Shown here: piece after piece, positions 34,618-50,300 of the stretch
How positions within the stretch are numbered: the stretch's first letter is position 1
Layout: each line of letters opens with the position of its first letter
From: Tubulanus polymorphus
Taxonomy: Eukaryota > Animalia > Nemertea
Length of the DNA stretch: 64,000 bases
Direction: 5' to 3'
Assembly: GCF_964204645.1 (NCBI RefSeq)
Contig: NC_134026.1
Location: 9,323,950-9,387,949 of the forward strand
Made by a program: the position numbers and the translations under genes
The notes under the pieces: model-generated
The model's database searches: none
Seen by the model: the letters and a program-made list of their open reading frames with translations, nothing else
Told to the model about the DNA's origin: nothing

Positions 34618-37600
34618 CTTTGAGATTTCGAACTAACGAACAACTGGGAATTTGAAAAAAAAAACATTCACGAATAGTGTGTAGTGTTGCCGTATTGGTA
34701 ACTAGATGGAAGATGAGACAGGCAAGGTCGTTTGGTCTTACAACCGATTTTATATTGGGATAGGCTTTAACTAATCACCCAACTAATTTATAGGGGTGTC
34801 TTGTTTTTCATTTTGATTCTGTATGAATAAGAGAAACATCGCATGGAAGATGGTCAGAAATTGTATTACGGAACTATTACGATCGAACTCAACGATATCA
34901 TATTTATGACGCTTTCGAGTCCAGGATAGAACTCACAAAATGCAACACTCGTAATGACAACATTATTAATGGCAACAATTTTAGTTCTGTTCATCTAAAC
35001 ACTGCATCTGATATTCTAACAGATGCAATGTCGATAGAAAATTAAAGCTCGAGACGACCACCAAAAACGATGTTAAAATGTCTGACTTACCCGGTGTACT
35101 ATCAACTTCACTGTAACCTGCTAAAACATGTCAATAATGGTTGCCATGGACTTCAAATGGAAAATTTACCAGATCGAAACGTAACAGTTCATCCATATAT
35201 ACGTCAGTTTCCAAAGATAGATGAAAATTGGGCGTGGAACGAAATAGAGATTGATCGCTCAATTTTCCTATATTCCAGATCAGTTGAAAGGTGTACATGC
35301 GTTACATACCTAAATATAACGCGGCATTTTTCTGGTTTCAATTCTCTCCGAGATCTCGGACATTTACGTCGCGCTTTTAATAATAGTTTTTGGTTATATC
35401 GATTTCTTCGCCCCACATTGCGAGGAAAACGTAGTTAGGTTTGATACAATGAATACCTACGAGATCTTTCAACGCATTTTCGAAACCAGTGATTTTAGCT
35501 TATTCATTTATACGAACCTGATTTCAAAAACGGTGATGCATTGATTTACTTTTGGATATATATAGCCAAACTGGAAAGGGCTTTCAAAACATAAACAAAG
35601 GAAGAGAGATGTGACGCCTTCCTCAAGGGTTATCCGTTCGTTGAACCATTTTACAGCGACAATACCAGAAAGGTATTAGAGACATCTCCAAACAAACAAA
35701 CAAAAGATAACACAGTGAGACAGCGCTTGGGTGGAGTTTTCTGTTGTTTTTTTTTATTATCGACAACACCTGGCAGAGTTCATAGTATATCATAACAAAT
35801 AACAATAAAACACCGGTATATTTAAGTTTATATATAAATACAGTGAAAATCTGAAATATTGTATCACAATAAGTTATTGGCACACAAGTAGCGACCACTA
35901 ATATTTTTTTGGGATATTTTCTTTTATAAGGACCAGCCTATCAGAGTATATATTATTACTGTGTTATTATGTACATATAAATATTTTTTTTAAACTTTTC
36001 TTTCCATTTTTTTCGCCTATCACAAAATATATATAGTTAAAAATGGTGGAAAACCTAACACTGAATTTTTCACTATGGATAACATTCTAAAACGCAGACA
36101 CCATGTGAGAGAATAAAAAAAATTTAATTAAAGAATAAATGGATGAATTTTCATGTTTGTAATTTTACTCCAAATCCGAAATCATTTTGAAATTCGAAGT
36201 TGAATTGTTGCATCAGAATCCAAAATCCTTTCAATTCTCGGAGGGGAAAGAAAACCGAAAGGAGTTCGGATTCAATGAGCTTGAGAGATTTGCATAAGTT
36301 TAAGATATGATTTCTATCCCATTTTTTATGAATTTCTCCAAAAAGAGGTTAATTGGCTATATTTCCCAGATTTATTGAAGAAGGGCGATACACCCCTGCT
36401 TAAATCTAAATTACATTGCCACTAACACAATGAATTGGCCCAAAATTACGAAAAGAACTCTAGATATAATGAAATAAAATCTAACGACGACCGTAAGACA
36501 AGTCAATGTGTTTGATATACCTGACATCAAGATATTTTTAAAATCAGTTTGAATAACGAAAATTAAATCAAAACCATCCGCAACCGCACTTATAAAGATG
36601 CGCATCGTAGAATGCAGCTAAATTTAGCCTAGGCTAAACAGAAACTGTTTACGAGTGACAGCATCGCGATTGATTTTTCTAAATATACTCAGTTTTAGAC
36701 AAAATAACCTGAGGATGAGTGTATATAGAATATCATTTATATTCATAGAGATAATTCACGAGAAAAAAAAAATCACTAACACTAACGAAACCAGTCCTTA
36801 CAGTAAAAGTTTACACTATACTCCTACAATACAGATCGGTACCATAAATACAAACAACAAAATTGACTACGACGACCTTTACCATGCACCTAAACCTAAC
36901 TAACCAATTCCATGGATAAATTACCTTATCACCAACATCATCACTTATTTTGGCATCAAAACGAGTCACACTGGAAAATCGAATCAGTGTTTTCTCTTCT
37001 ACAATTGACTGGGTAGAGAAGAGTTTCAACTGGAACTGTTTAGTCCATACGTCATTTGGAAAATGAGGCATTCACGTATTTGTAAAGATGGAAAAATAAG
37101 AACGTTCCCATTAGGAGGTTTTGTGACTAGTCATACCAGTATATGTAGGAATGTCAGTAAATGTATGACAAAACTTAATTGAAACTTCCCTAACGAACTG
37201 AAACATGACACAGAACATGAATACATATGTATACACATAATATGAATACATTTATACATAAATACACTGCAAAAGGTCTTCTTTTAATATCGTAGATATG
37301 AACACAAAACATGTACATATATGAAGATGTATTTATCCAGGCAGTTTTAATTTCTGCCTATGTCTGACGGAAGTTATTCGTATTTCCCAAACAAAAAAAA
37401 AGAAGAAATTTTGAATTTTGTTTTTATATATGCGGAACACATTCTCTCTGTTGACAAATTCTCAAGTGAAAAAAAAAGAAGGAAAACCGAAGTAGATTCC
37501 ATCAGACATAGGTAAAAAACGGTTTTTGTTACATATGTTTACGCATAAAAACATAGCAAATATGCAGGAGGGAATATTCAATGATTGTCATACATACATT

Positions 37601-38363
37601 TCACACGAAGCTACTACAGTGTATTGGGCATTCAATTATACTGACTTGGCACTCTCAGTAGTAAAATACTGGATTAGAAATCACAAAATCAGTGGGAATT
37701 TCAAAGAATAAGAATCGAAGGTGGCTGCGTATCTACAGTAATACGTTATAATACTGTCCATCTGTACGCGTATAAATGCAACTGATGATTGCATTTCGTT
37801 TTCTTAAATAACTTCACCAAAAACAATGCTAGCATCACTATCCGCAAAATATCTTCACACACCTGTTCTTCTATTAGTGACTGCGATATATGAGGTAAAT
37901 AACGAGACATTTATAGTGATATTGATACTGATACGTGTACACATCTCTTGAAGTAAGTGCTTCATGGAATGTTAAATTTCACTCGACGTGTTATTTGCAT
38001 TAATAACTACAGGTATTTGCACGAAAAAGAACGGGAAATTTCATGTTTGATGAAAAAAAATAACATAGAAAGATAAATACATACAAACCCTATTGAAAAA
38101 TTTGCTTACAAATGCATAAGTGTTTGATCATACAAAATATAATGCACATTAAAACAACGTTTTCACGATATACGGTAATAGAAATAGATTATATGCCACT
38201 ACCTAGAATAGACTCCAAACCCTGAATAGCCTTTTTTCAAGATGATAAAGCCTGTGAAGTCGAGGCTCAAAGAGCTGAATGCTGTTGTTAAAGTTTTGAC
38301 AAGTAATATGATAAACAAAGCAAACACAGAAGTTTACACGAGTAGGTTCATGCATGTCATGGT

Positions 38364-41300
38364 TTATGAAACTTTGCATTTTTCACACTTGCTGGCGATT
38401 ATCGGCTGAGCTTCTAAATGCCATCCTTCGGGTGGTTCCCTTATGACACCATCGATATAAACTCTACAAAGATGAACGAGGTTTATTTTTAGGTGCAATA
38501 ATTAAAATTGAAATAATGAACGCGAGTCTTGCTAAATTGCATCATAATGATTAAATAACGGACAAAACAAATGAATCAATTCCATAAAGTTATATGATAT
38601 TGATAATTCTGCCATGATCTGCTTTCTGCAAAGGTCAAGTATTCTCATTTCTGCTATGAATAGTATACCCAGCATGTCAGATTAAGGACCACACCCAAGA
38701 TGTTTAAACAGCGTCAACTCCTTCCGACTTCTGATTAAAATCAATAACATTACATTCATGAACTAACACAGCCATGTTCACCTAAAGGTGTTACCGGAGT
38801 AGAGATCAAATCAAATTACTAACTTATCCTGATATTACCACAGTCGAATTCGGATAAATTAGAATTTATTTAGTTATATAATCCACCTGGTTTATGAGAT
38901 TATGTGGATTTCGATTCTACAGTTAATTGCAATGTCCAGATTAGATGAAAATTAGGATGAAGCACAAACCTAATGCAATACAGGCCATCAAGAGGTTGGA
39001 GATGACCGTTGTTATCTTTGGACCATTCACCAGAACTAACTGCAGTATCAGTAGCTTGCAAACCACAAGATTTAATCGATGATTCTCTAACAGGTCCAAA
39101 CATTTCGGCGCACACCACTTTTGATCCTGATGAAAAACAGATGATTTCATGAATGATAAATATATGCTCAATCAATATTGATAGATGTTCATCTAGCATT
39201 CGTTAACATGCTATGTAAGGCTATAACACCTTAGTCATTAAATGGATTTGGGTTTCAATCAAGCACCACCCATTACCCGGTATTTGCTTGCTGCCAAACT
39301 ATTGTTTTTCTAAGGCAAACATTAACAGCAATATAGATTACCAGTAGCTACGATCTATGCCTTGAAGTTATCACGCTACATCGCACGTAAGCTTTATCGG
39401 TAAAAACCTGTGTAGAAACAAATTGGAAAACAAAAGACTTACTAGTCGCGTGAAGCCACGCCAAAGCGTACGTGGCCACTTCGTGCAAAGACTGGTATTT
39501 TCCTTCATCTTCTGGAAGTGAACCAGGGATGAATGTCTTGCATGACAGAAATGGGGAGTTCAGAGGCAGTATTTTATCGGGACCGATCGGAATGACGTAC
39601 GCAACGCGAAGAAATGAAACACTCGGCAGATCTTCAACATTCATAGTGAATGGAACATCAGGCAACAGACGTGATCTTCTGTCTGGAATTAAATGCACAT
39701 ATATGTATCAAATACACGCTTTACCTGTTGCGAGAAAAGAATTTTCATTTGTTTCAGCATTTCTGTAATTCAATGACATCTAGCACCATTTTGAAAAATA
39801 TGGAAAAACAAAAAACTCTGATCAGTGTCAACTAGAGATAAATAAAAAAGGACCACCTGATGACAGCTGAAATTTTTTGGTTTCATGTCAATGAATCTTC
39901 AAAAATCCATCACATAAAATTCTATTGCGGGACCTTTTCATTTAGGCCTTTATGAACCTTTAGGTCCATAGTTACGATTTGACTCTGAGGGCTGAATAGA
40001 GTCAAATATAGATAAGAACTGTGAAGCCAGCCTCTGTTCGTGTCTGTATTTTACAAACATACACATGTGGCTGTATATAGATATCAACTGACTATTTCCA
40101 ATAACTTACCGAAAGCCTTTTCACGTGTCTTATCATACTGTGTCTTCAACGTCTGGACATTAGTTATCCTCAATGTCTACATAATTCGATAAAAATATGT
40201 TAATTCGCCTTACTAATTTGGATCAGGTTAGTCAAATCATAGTAGCGACTTCTGGCAGTGCTAGTAGAGTCCCATTCCTAAGACAGTACATTGAAAGCAC
40301 TGTCATTCCGTGAAGTAAGTACTATTGATTCATTGTTTTAGAAACACTTCATTGAAATAAGAGGCCAAATGTTCAAATTAATCAGTACTCAAGTTACATT
40401 ATTCCTACACATCTCAAAAATCGATAGTCCCTGCAAATCTCATTTAACACCAACCTCGCCTTCCTTTTTACTCCATATTCGTGCACTTTGAACCAGACTT
40501 GGAAATTCTGTGTAAACTGGTGATTTATCAAAGATAGACTGTTTGCTTGCCAGACGATCTGGGACAAAATCATGAAATCCTGAAAACGCCAAGGAGCAAT
40601 TCAACATCAATCTTAAAATAGTTAACAGTGCAGTTAACTATGCTATGAATAAGATATATTCTAGACTTCGTATCAACTAACTTACCGATAAGTTCTTTAA
40701 AAGTTGGTCCAACTTGGTAGAAAATGCGAAGGAATTGGAATGTGTGCTTATCGGGGCTATCAGCCCAACTGCATGTATCCCAATCGATATCACCATTGGT
40801 TTCTACCCACCATTGACCATCAACTTTGCACACAACGGTATCAATACTAACGATCTGGCCTGAAAATGTAGAACACTCATCAATTTCACATATGTATAGT
40901 AACCATGATATGATTCCTTAAAAAAATTATAAGTTCGTAATTGAATTCAATTCAATGTCAGTACAGGAGACATTGTCCTATCATGCCATAATATACATAC
41001 GTAGATTAATCTCAGAACGAAAATTCATCTAGTTTCTGAGAAATCTATTTACATTACAATACGCCTAGGAGGGAATTCAGACTAAGCAGCCATATATGTC
41101 GATAGACTGACTACTTCTACTACCACAGACAAATTGGAAAGTTGCTGAAACAATCTATTACATCAGATTTTGATTACCGGTAAAATAATGTTCAGAAAAT
41201 TGAAATATTCCATGGGCAAATTCAGAGGAGGTTCAGGGGTCTGGACCCTCCAAAATTTGTTCTTGTTTTTCATTTTTTCATCAAAAAATCTGAAAACAAG

Positions 41301-43402
41301 CTGAAACTAGGGTTAGGGTTTGCTGGTACCCCATTCAGCTAGTTAGAAATTTAATTCATTCCAAAGGTAAAACCAGCCACAGGGATCAGTTTTAACTTTA
41401 ACCCTTGGTATGACCTCAATCAATGTAACTATCAAATCATCATTCGAATTAAAAGTGTGACATCACTAACCATCTAATGGTTCCTTTTCAAGTCGAGCAT
41501 TTATGGTTTCCATGACACGATCCATTGTTTCAAATTGTGGACATTTATCTCCTGGATTGGTACGAATTGGGATGACATTCTTATATTCGATGCGAATCAC
41601 ATCTGTATCGGTATGAGGTCTCTCTTTAGCGAAGTACAACCTGTGAAATATAAATAATTCTTTTGCTGAGGGGACTGGTGGTGGGAGCATTTGAATCTTC
41701 AATGCTACGTTCAAACACTCCCACAGTACCAATAATACCTACCGTAGTTTTGTTAAGTTGCTTGCGCATGGAATAGTAGTTCAAATATTTCATGGAAAAA
41801 TTACTAGTAAGCTTACTACAGAGATATCAACTGGGGATGATGATAATTAGTTACTGATTTCTAGATATACTGTAGATCTTTTATACATACCTTCAAGAAT
41901 ACTGTGACTTATAAAACATATAATTCGAAATCTTTTCATCTCATATTCGCAAATTTCTAGGTTGAAATGCAAAATAATTTCTACAAATCACAAACCTTAA
42001 GCCTTTGATGTATGTTGCTCCATGTGGGCTTTTTTTGTAGTAAAGATTTCCATTATAGATGTCATCCAAGTTAGTCACTTTCTTTTCAACTGTTTCAACA
42101 TTCCGCAGAACAATATCCGATCTGTCAAGAAGCCACTTATTCGCTCTGTCAACTAACACTCTGATAAATAGAAAAAATGAATTTCACTATTCCGCCTAGT
42201 ATCCTCTTGATTTTGATCGATACCTGATTGAAATTTTCTCTCATGTACCAGATTAATTCCATCAGTCCCTAAAAATTTGGATTATCAAAAAATTTAGTCG
42301 CATTAAATGATTGGTTTAATCATTGGCTGAATCATTTGCAGACATTATCCAATATCAAAACCACGAAAAAATATTAGACCACGAAATTAAAAACAAAAGG
42401 CCAACATTTGACAGAAATTTAGTAACCAATTGGATTGAAACAGTATATTTTTAAATTCTTAATGCGTATATAGTTGAAGTGAATTAGTGATAACAATAAC
42501 AGATCTGTCAACGACTAATAATAGTACAGAGTAATGGTATAATTAGAATTAGAAGCAATTATCAAAATCAAAACGACCAAAAAAAACCCAAAACAGACAA
42601 CCCCCATATCGCTATTTCCAAATCTTAATGTAGAGGCTATCAAATTAGGCAGTAAACAAAAACAAACCACAATCAGTTGCTTGCCAGTTCAGGCTGGTTG
42701 GAAGATTGTTCATACAAACCAAAAAATGGAAACAAAATTTTCAATAGGCAAATGTACTTTCATTTAAACCATTAAAAATATCTATGTATATTTGACTGAA
42801 CATCTAACTATATCTACACTTCGATTTCCGATTTCAAAATCAATTCTCATTTTCTTTCGCCACGAGTGAGTTGCGTTTGTAAGTACACCAAATAACTGTA
42901 TAGAATTCAAGTCGATCAAATAGATAGAGGAAAATGATTCTCATTCCTAGATCAAAATCAAAATATTGATTGACACATTCTGGACTCTCTAAAGAACCAT
43001 CGTCAGCATTTCCAGTTTCAACGTGGATATAGTGACTACGAACAATCTCAGCGCCGGTGAACTTATCATGAGAAACAGGCGTTTTAAAAATGTTAATTAT
43101 CATCATCATTATTATCATTATCATTCAAGGCGACACCAAAACCTATACTTTTGGCCTACACCAAAAACGTACCCAAACTTATCGAATGGAGCTCTCTTGA
43201 TCGACGATTCACCTGGTTCGAGACAGTAAGGCCAAAAATCGATGTACGAAAGAATGGCTGATGGCTCGATTATAGAATCATACGAGGGCGGCGGTTCCTT
43301 GTAGCAATCCGAGAAATTGGCGTCATCCGTGTATTCTTTAAACGCCAACTCATCTTCGCCGATTATACTGATAGTGTATTTATCGAAGTCAGCCCACGAC
43401 AT
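38364..43402 (-). CDS. Uncharacterised four-repeat protein, paralogue B (N-terminal PPSY, C-terminal CaaX CKVS), 9 coding exons
   Basis: Exons 43402-43173, 42160-41996, 41640-41471, 40859-40686, 40579-40455, 40176-40110, 39682-39443, 39126-38970 and 38463-38364 are all GT-AG, in frame, and colinear with paralogue A (e.g. DWDTCSW, EKKV, FLR.AYV). Confidence 0.85.
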
Positions 43403-44361
43403 CTTTATACACTATCTAAAAAAAAAAAAACATTTAGTCATTTTGATATGATTTTGGTAATTAATAACTCGCTTTTGTGATGACGTATTGATTACACATT
43501 GGAGTGGCCAAATTAATATTCTAGTTCTGGGGATAATTAATTACACAATATCGGTAAGCCTGTCAAAAAAGGACATAATATAAATTACCAAAATTACGGG
43601 TATTGCATTGTAATAAAATATGAAACAAATTTAAGGTGAGTCATTAGGCACTGATATTTATAGCCAGTTTCCACTAAGCCTATAGACCTGAACTAATCTG
43701 CGAATGCCACAATTTTGAAACTAAATGAATTAGATCATCAAGCTCAACTTGATTTCAATAATTTCAGTCAAACGCGCTTAATCCGGATCAGTTTATTTTG
43801 GATTTTATCCTAATTGCGATATTATCTATAGTCCACCCTAGTTAGTTAGATTGTAAGCTTTCAAAATCTTACAGGCTTAGGCCTAAATATAATTTGTAAA
43901 ATTATGCGATCGTGATTGTGAAACTAATCCACCGATAGGTTAAGGTACATTTTGACTAGATCTAAATGATCCGAAATACGCAGGTTCTACTATAGGCCTA
44001 ATCTGAATAGCAGACTGTAGAGAGCAGTTCCCAAGGGAACAACGGCTATAACTCTAGCTTCTATCTACTAACTACACTACAACTTACAGTAGTTCTACCT
44101 GTCTACTACTAATTTAATTAGATTTTGTCAATAATTTGCTTCTCTTTCTTACCATTAATAGAGTGTCATCAATGTCACAACTTTTCTTGACACGGGCATC
44201 AACGTTCTCAACGCAACTACATTCTTATATTGCAGAGTTTATCGTTCGGTAGCTGCTTTTTACTGCTTTAAAGCATCAGCAGCATCCAGCATCAGTACCG
44301 ACTCCACCCAACTGATACACCGGCAGCTGGCGCCATCTACCGTTGCCTTCTAAAATCAATA

Positions 44362-47300
44362 ATGGCCTCTCCTCCATCATCGTCGTTAGCTCAGGTAAAT
44401 CTTATCGCGGTTTATCGCGATTTATTACCAATCTCGGCGCGTAAAACTGTACACCTGTTGATCACCATTTGAACCCGATCCGTTCGAATGCTGACAGTGA
44501 TTTATTTGTATTTCTGACCGTCAGAAATGCATGAAATCGCCCCGTAATCGACTACTGCTGTCAAAAAGTAGTCTGTCTGTAAATCTCTCTTGCTTTACCT
44601 TGGAGACAGCATTTTGGCTTCTAGCCTATGTATTTACCTTAATGATTCCAGTTAATGTATCATAGATTGCATACTGCTTTTGAACATTTTGCTTAGCCTT
44701 TTTAGTAATTTTCCAAGCTGGTGGGATTGATTTAAAGCCTGTTTTGTTCCGTGAAGAACATTTGAATCGATTAGGCTAATTCAACTTTTATTTGCTTGGA
44801 AATTAAGGCAGGTGGCCTAGCTCAGTCAGTTTTGGTAGAAAATACCTGATAATGGACCTTAATGGGACCAGCATAGAGATGGGCAGCTGAGCTAAAACAT
44901 TGATTTTTAATCCATTGAAACAGTAGGCCTATGGGCAGCTGAACTAAAACATTGATTTTTAATCCATTTCCACTGTAAGAATTGCTGTGGTTTAGTTTTA
45001 TCATCAGATATTTTCACAAACACATTAGTGTAGAAGCCCATCTGATTATGAAAACGTAGGCTACACTAAAGTTTAGGTAATTTACTGTATAGGAGCCTTG
45101 CACTAAGGGACATAGCTAAAAAATACCTACACTGTTGTGTTATCTGAATACCAGACAATGTACGGGTTCCCCTACAATATCTGATGCAAATCTGTCATAA
45201 AGATCTTATTTCGTGTTTCTTAGAATGCCAAGCAATAAAAGCTATTAAATGATTACGATGACTATGAAAATGTGTTTTATACTTGCAAAACATGTTTTTT
45301 ATTCACCCAGATCTTCAAACTTTTTGATTCCACATCATTTCATTAGGTGCATTTTGTGATGTATAAATGCAGTATTTGCAGCGGATGTGGCGAAATATTT
45401 TGTGGGTTCTGTTGCACCAGTTCACACAGATATCAGTGTGCAAAAACCATAAAGATGCATACAGTTAACTCTGCATGTTACTGCTATAGATTATAGATTC
45501 CTAAGGCGGGAGGTGAATTTGGTGAATTGACGAGGCGACTAGTGAAACATAGGAAAAAATCTTCCATCAAAAATCTATTTTGGATTTTTTATCAATTTAT
45601 GCAGAATAGATGGTTAACTTCCATTGGATTACATACATTGCGTTCAAGATAGATCATGCTAAAGATTTCATCCCAAAAATTAGATATGAAAATTAAACTT
45701 ATAAATGTGCTCTCTGGTCTTAGACATTGTTTCAGGATCAATAGCTAGATACTAGATTACTCCAGGGTACAACTGTTGTTAGTTAATTGTAGCTTTTCCT
45801 GTTAAAAGATATTGTTCATAACTTCAAATTATGGTCCTTGTTGAAGTCATCTATTATCCATTTGCAGATAGCAGGAATCAATGGCGCCATCTATGAAGCT
45901 TACTTCCAGAAGGTAATTAATTAACTAGTAGCGTAGGCCTCATTAGCCTAGGCCTTATGTCAAGAAAAAGATAAAGTTTGAAACAGTTAAAATGTTTATT
46001 GTAGACATCAAAGTTTAAATTTAAAACGGTAGAAAGATGCAACTTCATGGACCTACAATAAAAATATTTTAACCGTTTAACTGTTTCCTTCACTGTTTCA
46101 ATGAGGACAACTATTCAAACTTAACAGTTTCAAGCAACAGCAACAATTGAACTCAATTATTTTTCTGGAGGATAATTGCACAGAAACCGAAAAGCTTAGG
46201 AAAATTGGGAATTCTTTTTCTAGGCGCTGGAAAAGCTTGAGTGTAACTGAGGGTATAGAGAATTCATAATCTGGGTTCAGAAAAGAAATGGAAAATAAAA
46301 TTGGGAAACCCTTAAGAACCCTGTTGTACTTCTCTTTTCCATGATGGGTTTGTTCTTTCAGGTCGATGCGGCGGGCAAGGGTATTATCGGCGCGATGGAT
46401 GCCGCAGCCTTTCTGAAAAAGTCAGGACTCAATGAAAAAACGTTAGGTCAAGTAAGTTGATTTTATGCTACACTAGCAGACTATTTATACTACCATCATT
46501 TTAACTCATTTAAGTCGTCGCAGTTAGGATTTTAGTTAGTACGATTTATACCTTAATCGTAGTTAGGACAATCGTTATGTTGACAATTACAGTCTTACTC
46601 AGACATGGCTAACTCGACAAAAAAACTAAATCATTTTCTGGCTTTCTTACATATTTCTTAATTCAGACATTGCTTTACTCGAAGCTATTTTTTTCCATCC
46701 CTGTCTGTCCCAGTTTGGTAAGGTTCACTGTAATGAATTTAACTGGACGTTCAAATTGGGACTTAGAAACTGATACGACAGTAAGTGATGCAATTGATGA
46801 CTTAGCCGATGATGACTTAAGCGAGTTGAAAAAGGTCTTATTATTCTGGATAAAGAATAATTCAATCTATTTTATTTTCAGATATGGAGTTTTGCCGATC
46901 GAAATGGTAAAGGGTTTTTGGATAAGCAAGGATTTTTCATCGCTTTGAAACTCATAGCGTTAACTCAAAACAACATGGATGCTTCTATCGCCAATATAAT
47001 GGCAACGGCTCCGGCGCCGAATATGGTGAGTAAATACTGATCAGGGACGAATCCCGTGCTCCTAATATGCAATTTTCCTGTGCCCTTTTGAAAAAACAAC
47101 GGCAATTTTTATCGCATTCACTTTTCGTCTGTTGTCGGTTCGTTCATCTGTCTGTCCGTAGAATTTTTTGATTCATTTATTTCTGTGGATTAAGCCGTTT
47201 GAAATTTCCCAACACTAAACGATGGCATGAATTTTAAGCTAATTTTCTCCTGAAATTTCGACGCAGTTGTACAGTCAAGATTCAGACTTAAGACCATCTT

Positions 47301-50300
47301 GTTTCTATGGTGTCGGGAATTTTCCCTCCAATCACATCGATTCACTATTTCAAATCTAATTGTTGTTTAAAATGAGTCTTCTGACCACTTTCAGACTTCA
47401 GTCACAACTGTGCAATTGTTACTTATACCAAAAGTCTGTTGATATTTGCTAATACTCAGTCGCAAATGCTAATATCAAAATTTGGATCATTTCAGATAAA
47501 CTTTGAACTGGGAAGGCCTATGAGGCTTCCGAATCCCTATCTTCAAACAAACCTGGCAGATCCTTGCTTGAATCTTCAATTGCCACATCATTGCTACTGC
47601 CGGCCCACATAATACAACTAACAATACTGCAACCCTTGATAGGCTGAATCCATACATTTTCAAATCCATCAACTTATTTTTCTAATACATGTACATGTGT
47701 ATGTTAATTTAGAATTTTCGATTTTTCCTAGGGTGATGCTGGCAGCCCGGCTGCTGTGCCCCCTGGTACAGGTGACACCGGTTGGAAAATCAAAGTAAGT
47801 CTTTCAAAAATCGTTTGACCTAAGAGACTTGACACGTGATACTAATACTCGTACCGATTTTTTTTTCAGTTGCCAGAGAAAGCTAAATACGATAAAGTTT
47901 TCAACAATTTGAACCCTGTCGATGGAAAAGTTCCTGGAAGTGTAGTGAAACCGGTATGTAGCAATAAGCTGAACTTAAAACTAATATTTATCGAACTAGA
48001 TTCGAATGATGAGAAATCTCAGTTACACTACTTCCTCAAACTGATATTTAGCATAAGTTTGAAAACGCTCGATCATGATTCAGCCCAAACCTTTCGAACT
48101 TTTGATTCCAGTTCCGTATTAGGAATCTGGGTAAACACTGACCCGGGTGGCATATTTTCACCCAGAACTGTGTTACTGTTGAAATAGGTTTCTAATTACC
48201 GAGACCCAGTTCCATAGATTTTAATTAAGTTTTTCTCTTTGAATTGAAATCAGTTCATTTTCAATGTTTAAACCCACAGTCAAACTTTTACCCGGGTAGG
48301 TAAGTTTAAGATTCATAGACATGAAGAAGGTTGAAAATCATGGAGCATTTCAAATAATTGTATATGAAATCGTTTCTAACTTGATACACGGATAATGAAT
48401 GTCTTTTCAATTTCAGGTGTTATTGAATTCGAAACTGCCGCTGGATATTCTGGGCAAGATCTGGGATCTTAGCGATATCGATAAAGACGGATTTTTAGAT
48501 GACGATGAATTCTCAGTTGTAAGTCTTTAAGATATTCAGATCCCGATCTGGGAAGTTCATTAATCTCTGGAATGCGAGGTGATGCTTCACACCGCAATCC
48601 AAGGGCCTTTGGTGAATTTTGACCTGACATCTATTGCTAGAATGATTGCGTATGTTGTAGTTATGGGTGTGCTTTCTATGTATCATTCCCAGCATCTTAA
48701 TCCGTAACTGTTAGGTTACAAGTTACCCTCATTGAAGCCAAATTTTCCCTCTTCGTTTGGGACGAGGCGACTCGTTCACACTTCTAGACCTCTTCTCCTG
48801 GCATTCATAACATTTCGTTTGTTGCTATCATTATTTGCTTCGCTAGCTGTTAATGTTGATACTCATTGGCAGCAACACCAGTGGTTTCATTGAGTTGGCA
48901 GCAAGAGAGCGCAGTTGTCTGTGCAGCCCATCTATTCCTCATCCAGCCCAAAGTTGCCACTGACCCTCGAAATGATCTAAAATATCATTGTGTATTTTTC
49001 TGATAATTAAACATAATCATTTCAAGCACAAGAATCCTTGTTTTGAAAGATTTTTAAGAAACATTCTAAGTGTTAATCATCATAACTTAAAGAAATCAGA
49101 CTAATACCATCATTACCGGTATTTCGATTTTGGGTTTTAATTTCTGTTTCGAGCGATTAAATTTTTGCTTTGGTTCACGCTAATTAGGCACCAATCCAAT
49201 ACATTTTCTTTTCAGGCAATGCATTTAGTATATCGGGCACTTGAAAAGGAGCCAGTTCCCCCGGCACTGCCACCTGAACTGATCCCGCCGTCGAAACGTC
49301 AAAAGAAACTGTCATTAGCCGGAGCAGTGCCTGTGTTACCCGCAATATCAAACAATGCAACCGGATTGGGCTCGCTACCCGGTTCACCTCTTCATAAAAC
49401 TGCTCCACCGATTTCGGTAAGTTTATTTTCTGATTGGCGCTGAGGGAGTCGGCCATCGCGCATTGGCCATTCACTTCTATATTTAGAATTCAGGCAACCC
49501 ACTGCTGACTGGTATTTAGTCCTCTGAGAAAGGGACTCAAAAGTATCAAATTAAGTCATTCAAATAAATAAGAGGGGCAACCATCACTATTTCATGACTA
49601 AAGCAAGAGGCATCTCTTTCAGTTCGAATCTTACGATCTCTGATCGAATGCTTCAGGCTTGCAGTTGATATACATTTCTTACATAGAATTTTTGATTTCC
49701 TGATCTGTAAGAACCCTGCGTATAATTTTTAAGGAAACTATTTAGAGGCATCTCGAGTAGACACAACTTGTCTTGGGACCAATGTCTCTGAAGCAAGAGA
49801 ATTCTGGGAGCCACCATCGTTTGACTTGGAGTAAGAAAACTTTGAAAATCTAGTCCATAGCAAACGTACAATCCTGGCAATCATCTTCATGGCATTTCCG
49901 TGGGTAACACTTAACTAGAGTTGGGCAATGATAAGCAGAAGCCATGTGTCAGAAACTATCATAAACAAAATTCGGCTGAAAATAACAATGGGTACCATAT
50001 TAACCACAAAAATCCTAACAGAAAGATAATAGGCAGGGATACAGACGGAGTAAACCAATCAATAAATTTGACCTCCCATATCCCTGACTCAAAACATCGT
50101 GTAACTAAATAACTAAGTAGTTAGTAATGGGTAGGGATTACGGAGTAACACAGATTTAACTCAAACCGATATTTGATAAAGACTTGATGTGCCTCGATGA
50201 TAATTGATAATGTGGAGGGAACCCACATTTCAAATAAGATATAATACTTTGAAAGTTTAGAAATGGCTGATTCAAATTGTTTTTGATTTCAGATTCCAGG

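Noticed and set aside
39857-39875. CTGATGACAGCTGAAA as a hammerhead
   Set aside because: No viable helix II or III and no cleavage triplet in register.
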